Shown here piece by piece: positions 9,416 to 17,848 of a stretch of 64,000 nt of DNA. This DNA is from a bacterium (lineage in GTDB: Bacteria > Hinthialibacterota > Hinthialibacteria > Hinthialibacterales > Hinthialibacteraceae). Under the pieces are notes generated by a model that had not been told where the DNA came from, ran no database searches, and worked only from the letters and a program-made list of their open reading frames with translations. The stretch covers positions 64,001 through 128,000 of the forward strand of contig CAXXSM010000021.1 of the NCBI GenBank assembly GCA_963663405.2. Direction: 5' to 3'. Position 1 is the first letter of the stretch. Every line of letters starts with the position of its first letter. Both the position numbers and the translations under genes were made by a program.

Positions 9416-10105
9416 GTGAGGGAAATCAGGTTGATAGATATGGTCGTCGTATCGAATGAACGTATCGCCTCTTCGAAAAGGACGGGCCGGAGTGGATCGC
9501 CTGCCAGCTCGTCCGTAGAGAATATCAACACCGAATCTTTATTATTGCGGGTAAAGGATGGAGATTCTGTCGCGGTGAAAATTCTTTTTGATCGCTATTA
9601 CTTCCAAGTGATCGGATTCATCCGCCGATTTGTCGATGAGTCAGACGTGGAAGATGTAGCCCAGGAGGTTTTCATGAGTGTCTTTCAACGAATGAACAAA
9701 ATCCAGAATCCCTCCGCGTTTGAAGGTTATCTCTTCCGGTCGGCGAAAAACCGCAGCGTCAACTGGCTACGGAAAAAACACCGCCTGCGCGAACTTGTTC
9801 AATTGGTCATCTATGCGGCGAACACGTGGAAGGAAAATACCGGTTCCAACGAAACGGCCCGGCTGGACGCAGTCAATAATCTAATCGAATCGCTGCCAGC
9901 CGAAACTCGAAGATATATCGATCTATTCTACTTACGGAAACAATCACGTGCGGAAATCGCGTCCCAGCTCAACCAATCGCCTTCTACCGTCTATCGGCGG
10001 ATCGCCGAAGCGAGAGCGGCTCTCCTCGAACACGCGCGTTCGAATAATATACAGATTTCTTTTGATGGGCGGCATGGGCTGACCCTAAATGGAATTGAGG
10101 CGTGA
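9416..10105 (+). CDS. ECF-family RNA polymerase sigma factor
   Basis: Region 2 EDVAQEVF...FEGYLFRSAKN; region 4 HTH SRAEIASQLNQSPSTVYRRIAEAR; start could be the downstream ATG (MVVV). Confidence 0.87.
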   Translation: MREIRLIDMVVVSNERIASSKRTGRSGSPASSSVENINTESLLLRVKDGDSVAVKILFDRYYFQVIGFIRRFVDESDVEDVAQEVFMSVFQRMNKIQNPSAFEGYLFRSAKNRSVNWLRKKHRLRELVQLVIYAANTWKENTGSNETARLDAVNNLIESLPAETRRYIDLFYLRKQSRAEIASQLNQSPSTVYRRIAEARAALLEHARSNNIQISFDGRHGLTLNGIEA

Positions 10106-11019
10106 TTATGAATACGAAACCATTCCTGTCCAGTGAACAACTCGCCATGTATCAGGATGGGCTTCTCCCGGAAGAGGACCGGAAGCGGGTTGAAACGCTG
10201 CTGGAGTCAGATCCAGAAACGCAAAACCGTCTGCATGAATTGGAACAATTGGATGAAACCCTTGTCGAATGGGGGCGCCGAAACCGGATGCGCGAGGCGG
10301 TGGCGCGGAACGTGCGATTGAATCGAAGCCACGCGCGCCAAGAGAAACAAACTTGGTTCGTGCTTTCTTCCCCTATGGTCTCCATTGGTTGGGCCGCTGT
10401 CTTCGCCTGCCTATTCACGATTTGGTGGTGGGCTCCATTTTCGTCCCATCCTCCTAAGATTGTCGTGATAGGCGCCGTGGAATGGACAAGAACAGATGGC
10501 GGCGCTGTTGAAGATATACCTCGGATTGGAGATCGTATCCATGTCGAGAAGGGATATCTCGCTCTTCAGATGGGGGATCGCAGTTCCATTCTGGAAGTCG
10601 GAGCCGATTCCCAAGCGCAACTGTTAGGCCCCCGTCATCTCCGGGTGGATCAAGGCGCTGTCTGCAATACTGTAAGCAAAGATCCAAAACATCCCTATAT
10701 AGTGGTTACGCCACACGGTACCGTCCAGGTTCTCGGTACTGTTTTCACTGTCGAGGTCACCGAAGAAAAAACCGTCGTTCAAGTAAACGAAGGGAGGGTC
10801 CGTCTGGTTCCTAATAATCAAAAGACGTCCGATCAAGATATTATTAACGCAGGTTACGCAGCGGATCTCTGCGTGGATCGTGTATCGAAACCACGCAAAT
10901 TTAACCGGACCGAATTTAATCAGTATGTAGCCAAGTCATATAAAATGGCGATCAAACAAGGCGGAATGGACACAAAGGGCATGGCGTCAACGCTAAAGAA
11001 AACCAGCGTGTCTCATTAG
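10102..11019 (+). CDS. FecR-domain anti-sigma factor
   Basis: N-terminal anti-sigma-like helix, one TM, FecR signature VVTPHGTVQVLGTVFTV...VQVNEGRV; overlaps sigma stop by 4 nt. Confidence 0.82.
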   Translation: MIMNTKPFLSSEQLAMYQDGLLPEEDRKRVETLLESDPETQNRLHELEQLDETLVEWGRRNRMREAVARNVRLNRSHARQEKQTWFVLSSPMVSIGWAAVFACLFTIWWWAPFSSHPPKIVVIGAVEWTRTDGGAVEDIPRIGDRIHVEKGYLALQMGDRSSILEVGADSQAQLLGPRHLRVDQGAVCNTVSKDPKHPYIVVTPHGTVQVLGTVFTVEVTEEKTVVQVNEGRVRLVPNNQKTSDQDIINAGYAADLCVDRVSKPRKFNRTEFNQYVAKSYKMAIKQGGMDTKGMASTLKKTSVSH

Positions 11020-11037
11020 AATGATGAAAGGCGTTAC

Positions 11038-13548
11038 ATGGTGGACAGACTTCGAATATCCGGCATCCGGCCGCTGCTCTTGACGGCGGTCATTGCGTCC
11101 CTCATCGCGTCTACAGCCTGCCCCGAACCTCCCACTGTCCAATCCATTCGTTCCTGGACAGGTTTGGAAAATTTAGTCACGGGTATGATTCTCGAACCGG
11201 ACGGCTCGTTGCTTATCTTGGAAAACGATTCCGGTGAATTAACCCGTTTGCATTTGGGCCGGAATAATACATTGCGTCAAATCGAGACCGTGGCTAAAGG
11301 TTTCGAAGATCCCATCGCCCTTGCCCGGACAGATGGCGGCAAATTACTCATCGCGGAACGTACGTCCGGCCGAATTATCTATTTGGATAATACTATTAGA
11401 AGTGTTGTTTATAGAGGATTGGAAGACATTTCCTCTATCCGCTTAGACGCGAACGGATTTCTCTGGGTGACGGAACTCGAACCGGGCCGCCTTTCGCGGA
11501 TCAATCTGATTACCGGTGTGAATCGGCTCATTGCGGAAGGATTGAATTTCCCCAGCGACGTGATCCCTTTGTCCAATGCGCTGGTTGTGTCGGAAATGGT
11601 CGATAACGCCGGTTCGCTTGGAAGGATCACGAACAGCGCTCTAACGCCCATCACTGATGCGGAACTCGTTTCAGGGGAACAACTCATCGGCGTGAACGCG
11701 ATTTCATTATCGTCCATATCTTCTATCACACTGTCCTCAACGATACAAAGCCAGTCCAGTTTAATGGGCGCGGTTACAAACACATCAGTTATCGATCCGG
11801 TCCGTATGGCTGTCGATCCGCGCAATTCAAATCACATCTTTGTCAGTGTACGCTATCTTGAGACAACAAATTCCGTAACAGCGGCTTCTTCCAGCGGGGC
11901 GGTTCTCATAATGGATCGGACCAAAGGAACGATCCTTCGAACTTTCGCGGATGATTTGTATGGTCCGACGGATATTATTCCTGTAAATACTGGAATTTAC
12001 GTGCTGGAAGAACAAGCCGAACGCATCACATTCATCCGGTGGAACGGAAACCGGACGATCATCTGGGATGGACTGGGAACGCCTTCCCGGATTTCAGTCA
12101 CCAACCGATATGGGCTGAATATTCTTGTAACCAGTCAAACACCCAGCGCCCGGCTCCGGCGAATCCGCACGGATGGAACGATCGGTTATTCCTCAGAGGA
12201 AACTCCGCTTCGCGCGAAGGTTGGAGGATTTCTTGAACGGAGCGATGGTTCGCTTCTGATTTCCTTCCCCGCTTTTGGCGCGATCTATTCTTTAAGCTGG
12301 GGCGCAGACGCGGAAATATTTTCGCTGGAAGTATTTTCGCCAACTCGACTGCGGTTGTCTCCCAACGACACAGTCTGGGCGCTCGATCCGATTATGAACG
12401 AAATTCTTCATCTTAATCTCGCTGGACAGATCCTGGGACGGTATCCTGGAAAGGAGTACCAGCTGAACGATTTCGATCTGGAGTGGCCGGAGGAAGATTC
12501 GGATCTAAGCGCGGATTTCATTACTGGCGCGGTTACGGAACGAGCGCTCTATGCGCTGGACAATATAAATGGGCATCTCCTAGTTTATAATCGTGAGACG
12601 GGCGCGTTTGAGCCGATTTACAATCGATCGGACAACACACTCGCATCCTCTGATCGTGTTTTTGTACGAATTCCATCGCGGGGATTCGTCACCGCGCAAA
12701 ATAGTGGACTGGGATATATTCATTGGATTGACGATGATGGCACAGTCACCAAATTGGCGGATGGATTCGATGGGATCACAGACCTGGCTTGGCTTGAGGG
12801 ATGGGGCGTCTTCGCGCTTTCTGAAAATGGCTGGGTTCGATCTCTAAATCTCTCCTTTTCCGATGAAACAGTTGATCAAACAGCCACGTCAACACCCACG
12901 CCCGATACTGGGACCATCGAACCAACGGTGATACCCTCTCGAAATACACCTATTCCGGTAGAAGAGAGTCCAATTCCCATCGATAATCTAAACACTTCCA
13001 CTCCTACACCAACAAATACATCGGCTCCAACACCGACATCGACCGCTACGCCGACACCGACATCAACTTCAACACCAACACTTACATCGACCCTAGTTCC
13101 GACATCAACATCCACGCAGGTACCAACAGCAACGGAAACAGCGGCGCCTACATCTACACCAACGCCGGTTCCCACAACGACAGAGACACCGGCTCCAACA
13201 TCTACGGCAACGCCGGTTCCCACAGCGACAGAGACACCGGCTCCAACATCTACGGCAACACCGATTCCAACAGCGACAGAGACACCGGCTCCAACATCTA
13301 CGGCAACACCGATTCCAACAGCGACAGAGACACCGGCTCCAACATCTACGGCAACACCGATTCCAACAGCGACAGAGACACCGGCTCCAACATCTACGGC
13401 AACGCCGGTTCCTACAGCGACAGAAACGCTAACGCCGACATCTACACCAACGCCGATTCCAACAGCAACACCCACTCCAACATTTACAGCGACGCCTACT
13501 CCTACATCTTTAATTGACACACCCGTCCTTGATTGGCGCCTTCATTAA
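11038..13548 (+). CDS. Secreted NHL/SMP-30-like beta-propeller protein with Thr/Pro linker and C-terminal TPVLDWRLH motif
   Basis: Signal peptide; repeated blade motifs ([24 protein letters not shown]); long PT-rich tail. Confidence 0.8.
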   Translation: MVDRLRISGIRPLLLTAVIASLIASTACPEPPTVQSIRSWTGLENLVTGMILEPDGSLLILENDSGELTRLHLGRNNTLRQIETVAKGFEDPIALARTDGGKLLIAERTSGRIIYLDNTIRSVVYRGLEDISSIRLDANGFLWVTELEPGRLSRINLITGVNRLIAEGLNFPSDVIPLSNALVVSEMVDNAGSLGRITNSALTPITDAELVSGEQLIGVNAISLSSISSITLSSTIQSQSSLMGAVTNTSVIDPVRMAVDPRNSNHIFVSVRYLETTNSVTAASSSGAVLIMDRTKGTILRTFADDLYGPTDIIPVNTGIYVLEEQAERITFIRWNGNRTIIWDGLGTPSRISVTNRYGLNILVTSQTPSARLRRIRTDGTIGYSSEETPLRAKVGGFLERSDGSLLISFPAFGAIYSLSWGADAEIFSLEVFSPTRLRLSPNDTVWALDPIMNEILHLNLAGQILGRYPGKEYQLNDFDLEWPEEDSDLSADFITGAVTERALYALDNINGHLLVYNRETGAFEPIYNRSDNTLASSDRVFVRIPSRGFVTAQNSGLGYIHWIDDDGTVTKLADGFDGITDLAWLEGWGVFALSENGWVRSLNLSFSDETVDQTATSTPTPDTGTIEPTVIPSRNTPIPVEESPIPIDNLNTSTPTPTNTSAPTPTSTATPTPTSTSTPTLTSTLVPTSTSTQVPTATETAAPTSTPTPVPTTTETPAPTSTATPVPTATETPAPTSTATPIPTATETPAPTSTATPIPTATETPAPTSTATPIPTATETPAPTSTATPVPTATETLTPTSTPTPIPTATPTPTFTATPTPTSLIDTPVLDWRLH
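13120..13455 (+). repeat. 48-bp coding tandem repeat, 7 units of (V/I)[15 protein letters not shown]
   Basis: Unit ccgattccaacagcgacagagacaccggctccaacatctacggcaaca at 13261 and again at 13309; divergent flanking units. Confidence 0.95.
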
Positions 13549-13631
13549 TTTCATCGCGAAATCCGGCTACACAAACAAAAGAACTGTATCTTGATCTGCT
13601 CTCCTTACACTGTTGATAGTGTGTAAATAGC

Positions 13632-13901
13632 ATGTCGTCTCCCAAAGAGATTATCGCCTACATTTCTTCTCCCACGGGAATGGAAGGTTTTGAATATGAT
13701 CTGCATAACTCCCCAATTAAATTGGCGGATCTGCCCTTCCCAAACGGTCAATACACCGCGCATTATTTCGATCTAAAATCGGGCCCGGCCGGTTCGAGAA
13801 AACGGACAATTCATGATGGAAGGGCGTCCTTTGGCGCGCCCATTTTTATTGATGATCTCGCGATTCATATCATTCACCCCTCCTACGATCAAACCCAATA
13901 A
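13632..13901 (+). CDS. Small hypothetical protein, possibly a detached C-terminal beta-sandwich fragment
   Basis: 89 aa; YTAHYFDLKSG...DDLAIHI resembles the C-terminal domain of 36663..38066 (YTVEWFSP...AVLYL). Confidence 0.4.
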   Translation: MSSPKEIIAYISSPTGMEGFEYDLHNSPIKLADLPFPNGQYTAHYFDLKSGPAGSRKRTIHDGRASFGAPIFIDDLAIHIIHPSYDQTQ

Positions 13902-14054
13902 AACCTGCGTTAAACTTTTTTGCCTTCCCATTGCCTTCTTTGAAGCTTTCCTGCATTTTTCTGTGTCTTATACATTGAAAGGCAGAAAACGAAAGCGCGC
14001 TTTCCAAAACACAACAAAGAAAACAAACACAAAAATAAAAGAGGAGTTAGTACA

Positions 14055-14939
14055 ATGAATCGAGGATTGTTAGTCAAACGAGCCGTATGGGTAATGGGAA
14101 TCGTGATGGTCCTTTCGTGCGTGGGGATGGCGTTGCCCGCCACCTCCCAGATTCTGACATTGGGAAACAACAATAGCGCTGCAAATGGAAACATACGTGT
14201 CATCGGCGCCGGTCAGAGCAACCAAGTTAGAACCGGTCTTATCGGAACCACGGATGACGATGAGGAACTCATTTCCATCGATGGCGTTGGTATTCCCGTC
14301 TCACTAATTGATGAATTGATTGGCGAAGATGGGGATATTGACGAACTGCCGGAAGTCACTGAAAACAATCTCCGCCGTTGGTATCGCTGGTGCTGTCGTT
14401 GCTGCTGCTGGTGTTTACCGTGCCGTTGTTTGAAACCCAGAATGATGGGCGTTCTGACCTCTGTCTCCGAGGATGAAGTCACACTGATCAATGGCTTGGT
14501 CACCGTCGATATCTCCGAAGCGAAAATCTACTTCCCCCCCTGGCGCCGCGCTCTAGAGGTGGATGAAACAGAGGAAGAGGTTGAACCCACCCTCCAAGTG
14601 GGTGACCGGGTGAAAATTTTTGGAACGACTTCAGAAGAAGGCGATTTTATAGCGAAATGGGTCGTGGTTGTTCCTCCTCTCGGAGAAGGGATAATCGCCG
14701 GCCGGTTGGAAGAATACTATCCTGACGCGGGCGTCTTTGGCGCCGCGGGTCAAAAAATCATCTTCGACGATGAAACCATCATCGTGTACAGGATGAGACG
14801 CGTTCAGGCGGCGGATGTCGATTGGACACGGAGAATCTGCGTCCGCGCTCATGTCGAATCCCTCACTCCAGAAGATTCGGGTATACTGCGCGCGATCTTT
14901 ATCGTAGTCAAATTCTTACCCGATCCAGTAGAGCCGTAA
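14055..14939 (+). CDS. Secreted DUF5666-like (OB-fold repeat) protein with a poly-Cys motif
   Basis: GAGGAG RBS, signal peptide, LQVGDRVKIFG...IAKWVVV repeat type, internal WCCRCCCWCLPCRC. Confidence 0.7.
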   Translation: MNRGLLVKRAVWVMGIVMVLSCVGMALPATSQILTLGNNNSAANGNIRVIGAGQSNQVRTGLIGTTDDDEELISIDGVGIPVSLIDELIGEDGDIDELPEVTENNLRRWYRWCCRCCCWCLPCRCLKPRMMGVLTSVSEDEVTLINGLVTVDISEAKIYFPPWRRALEVDETEEEVEPTLQVGDRVKIFGTTSEEGDFIAKWVVVVPPLGEGIIAGRLEEYYPDAGVFGAAGQKIIFDDETIIVYRMRRVQAADVDWTRRICVRAHVESLTPEDSGILRAIFIVVKFLPDPVEP

Positions 14940-14974
14940 ATAAACGAACCACTCCACACACTTTCATTTGTTCG

Positions 14975-15008
14975 CCGGGAAGCGTTCACACGCAACCCGG
15001 TTTTTTTT
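14975..15008 (+). terminator. Intrinsic terminator
   Basis: ccggg-aa-gcgt...acgc-aa-cccgg stem followed by T8. Confidence 0.8.
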
Positions 15009-15041
15009 CATAAATCAAAAATTATCACAAAATCGATTGAC

Positions 15042-15079
15042 GTAACACTATTTACAAATTCGTGTTACATGTATATGAT
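15042..15079 (+). promoter_or_regulatory. Palindromic operator GTAACAC-N13-GTGTTAC (NikR-like) over a sigma70 promoter
   Basis: Perfect 7-bp dyad at 15042-15048/15062-15068 bracketing TTTACA (15051-56), which lies 17 nt from TATGAT (15074-79). Confidence 0.7.
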
Positions 15080-15139
15080 AAAATCAACTCACCTGAAAGT
15101 CCGGTTGAGCGTAAACGATTTATTGAAAGAGAGAAGACA

Positions 15140-15919
15140 ATGAAAAAAACGATCTTTTACGGTACTCTTATGGCAGCAGTATTTGCTTCCAGCGCATTCG
15201 CTCACTTTCCAATGTTAACATGTGACACGATCTTTGGAGAGTCCAACCAACCCGTCCAAATCGTATTCGCTGTTGGGCATCCTTATGAACAGGAATACGA
15301 AAACGCGATGAAACCAGAGCGGGTAACAGCGATTCTTCCAAACGGAAATACGATGGATCTCACCGCTCAATTGCAAGAGAAAAAGATCCCTTACAAGGGA
15401 GAATCCGTTATTGCTTGGAATCTGGAATACAAACCGAGACGAAGAGGGGATACGATCATCGCGTTGGATACAAAACCACACATCGGTGAAAATAACACAC
15501 TCTATCAGGAATACGTAAAATTAATCGTTCATACTGAAAGCGAAAGAGGCTGGCGCCAACGGACGGGGAAACCTCTTGAAATCGTTCCTCTCACCCGCCC
15601 CTATGGAATCGAAGAGGGCGAAGTCTTTACCGCGCAGTTGATGAAAGGAGACGCGCCGGTCGCGGATGAGACCGTCTATATTGAGCGGTTCCTCATGCAA
15701 GCCCCAGATCCCGATGATCTCCCGCCCGAACCTCTCATCACAAAATCCGTCGTCACCGATCCCAACGGCGTTTTTTCCTGCACGCTGCTAAAGCCGGGTT
15801 GGTGGATCTGCGCGGCGGAAGTAGATGATTTGGGCAAAATCGAACGGGATGGAAAAACAATGACTCTCGAAGCGCTGACAGGCTTGTGGATTCACGTGGA
15901 AAAGAAGCAAAAACAGTAA
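15140..15919 (+). CDS. DUF4198 (NikM-like, Ni/Co uptake-associated) periplasmic protein
   Basis: Signal peptide ending AFA/H (mature His1), GHPYE, LEIVPLTRPYG, TDPNGVF...PGWW; ATG 15140. Confidence 0.85.
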   Translation: MKKTIFYGTLMAAVFASSAFAHFPMLTCDTIFGESNQPVQIVFAVGHPYEQEYENAMKPERVTAILPNGNTMDLTAQLQEKKIPYKGESVIAWNLEYKPRRRGDTIIALDTKPHIGENNTLYQEYVKLIVHTESERGWRQRTGKPLEIVPLTRPYGIEEGEVFTAQLMKGDAPVADETVYIERFLMQAPDPDDLPPEPLITKSVVTDPNGVFSCTLLKPGWWICAAEVDDLGKIERDGKTMTLEALTGLWIHVEKKQKQ

Positions 15920-16086
15920 TAATACAATCATCCTCTTCAATCCTTTCATTCTAACGTTCCAGCGTGTTGCCCTATTCCCATCATGTGGCTAAAATAATTC
16001 TTTTACTTTATGTATCCATTATCCATAAGCCTGAAACGGCTTCACAGCCGCCTGCAAGACTATTCCCATGCGTCACGGAGATTGAA

Positions 16087-17613
16087 ATGAACGGCAAGTT
16101 TTACCTCACTACGGCGATTTCGTATGTCAACGCGCGTCCTCACATTGGGCACGCCTATGAGTTTATCGCATCGGATGCGATCTGCCGTTTCCGCCGGATG
16201 CAGGGCAAAAAGGTCTTTTTTCTTTCCGGGGTGGACGAACACAGCGCCCAGGTCGAGAAATCCGCGAAGGATGAAGGCGCGCCGCTGCCCGAATACTGCG
16301 ACCGTATGGCGGCTCTCTTCAAAGACCTGCACGAGCGCGTCGATTCCAGCCTGGATGGATTCATCCGCACCAGCGAACCACGCCACCATGACACAACGAA
16401 GGAAATGCTGCGCCGCTCGTATGAAAAAGGCGATATCTATAAAGGATCGTACAAAGGCTGGTATTGCTATTCCTGCGAAGCGTACTATCAAGAGAAGGAA
16501 CTCACGGAAGGGAATTGCCCCGTCCACAACCGCCCGGCGCAATGGATCGAGGAAGAGAATTATTTCTTCAAATTAAGTTCGTATACAGAACAACTCAAAC
16601 GCCATTACGAAGAATGCCCGTCCTTCGTCCAGCCGGACACATACCGGAACGAGATGCTTGCGCTGATGGATCGTGGTTTGCAGGACATCAGTATATCCCG
16701 GTCCACCACGTCGTGGGGAATCCCTCTGCCCTGGGACAGCGGCCATGTCGCCTATGTCTGGTTCGACGCGCTTTCGAACTACCTCACCGGCGTTGGTTTT
16801 TTGAAAGACGATGAGTTGTTCGACACATTCTGGCCCGCCGACGTTCATATAATCGGAAAAGACATCAATCGCTTCCACAGCGTGTTCTGGCCCGCCATGC
16901 TTCTTTCCACAGATCTTCCATTGCCCGAACAAGTGTTTGTGCATGGATTCATCTATCATCGCGGCGAAAAAATGTCTAAAACCATCGGCAACATTGTCGA
17001 TCCGTATTCGCTATTAGATCAGTATGGATGCGATCCCCTGCGTTATTTCCTCCTGCGGGAAATCGCGTTTGGTCAGGATGGCAACTATTCCGAAGAAACC
17101 CTGATCACCCGCTATAACGCCGACTTGGCCAATGACCTGGGCAATCTATTTTCCCGCGTTTTGTCCATGATCAAGAAATATCGGGATAGCGTGGTTCCCT
17201 CCGCTGCGGGAACGGACGATTCGCTCCGGGACGCTGCGCGGGCGGCAGTCTCCGCATACGAAGGGCATATGGAGAAATACACGCTTCATCTTGCCCTTAT
17301 CAGTGTGTGGGAACTGATCTCCCACGCCAACCGCTACGTCGACGAACAAGCCCCCTGGGCCTTGGTGAAGGACGAGAGTAAAGCGGAAATTCTCGATCGG
17401 GTTTTGCTCAATCTTGCGGAAATGCTGCGGACCACGGCGGTTTTGATCTATCCCTTTATGCCAGCGACAGCGGTGGAGATGTTAACACGTCTCGCCTGTC
17501 CAACCGAAACCGGTTATCCGCTGCTAACCGATCTTAAAAAAGCCGATCTTACCGCAGGCAAAACCGTCACACCCGGCGCGCCCCTCTTCCCACGGTTGGA
17601 TCGAAACGGTTGA
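16087..17613 (+). CDS. metG: Methionine--tRNA ligase (short form without C-terminal tRNA-binding domain)
   Basis: FYLTTAISYVN, HIGH, GVDEH, CYSC...CPVH knuckle, YVWFDAL, KMSKT; ATG 16087. Confidence 0.97.
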   Translation: MNGKFYLTTAISYVNARPHIGHAYEFIASDAICRFRRMQGKKVFFLSGVDEHSAQVEKSAKDEGAPLPEYCDRMAALFKDLHERVDSSLDGFIRTSEPRHHDTTKEMLRRSYEKGDIYKGSYKGWYCYSCEAYYQEKELTEGNCPVHNRPAQWIEEENYFFKLSSYTEQLKRHYEECPSFVQPDTYRNEMLALMDRGLQDISISRSTTSWGIPLPWDSGHVAYVWFDALSNYLTGVGFLKDDELFDTFWPADVHIIGKDINRFHSVFWPAMLLSTDLPLPEQVFVHGFIYHRGEKMSKTIGNIVDPYSLLDQYGCDPLRYFLLREIAFGQDGNYSEETLITRYNADLANDLGNLFSRVLSMIKKYRDSVVPSAAGTDDSLRDAARAAVSAYEGHMEKYTLHLALISVWELISHANRYVDEQAPWALVKDESKAEILDRVLLNLAEMLRTTAVLIYPFMPATAVEMLTRLACPTETGYPLLTDLKKADLTAGKTVTPGAPLFPRLDRNG

Positions 17614-17848
17614 TTTCAATTCCCGGCGTTCTGTCAATTCATACATTCAATTCAAAAAAACAATAATTCTCTACTTCCCGCATTACGAACCAATCAAATC
17701 CTTTCGACAATTCTTTACAACTTTTTTGCCAGGAAAAATTTATTAATGATATATTGTCTGCGTCATTATCTCTTCTTTGTATAATTTATGTTTAGGGCCG
17801 CACAGCCCTTGGTGGAAAATAATCAATCAGTGTGTTTGGAGAAGGTTT

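Noticed and set aside
12876-13520. 214-aa Val/Gly repeat ORF on the minus strand
   Set aside because: It is the antisense shadow of the Thr/Pro tandem repeat in 11038..13548.
15964-16086. Long N-terminal extensions in the ORF track (metG; also serS 24729, pilin 56476, DUF4198 15062, abfA 53405)
   Set aside because: Downstream starts match family N-termini and RBS positions; the extensions come from longest-ORF calling.
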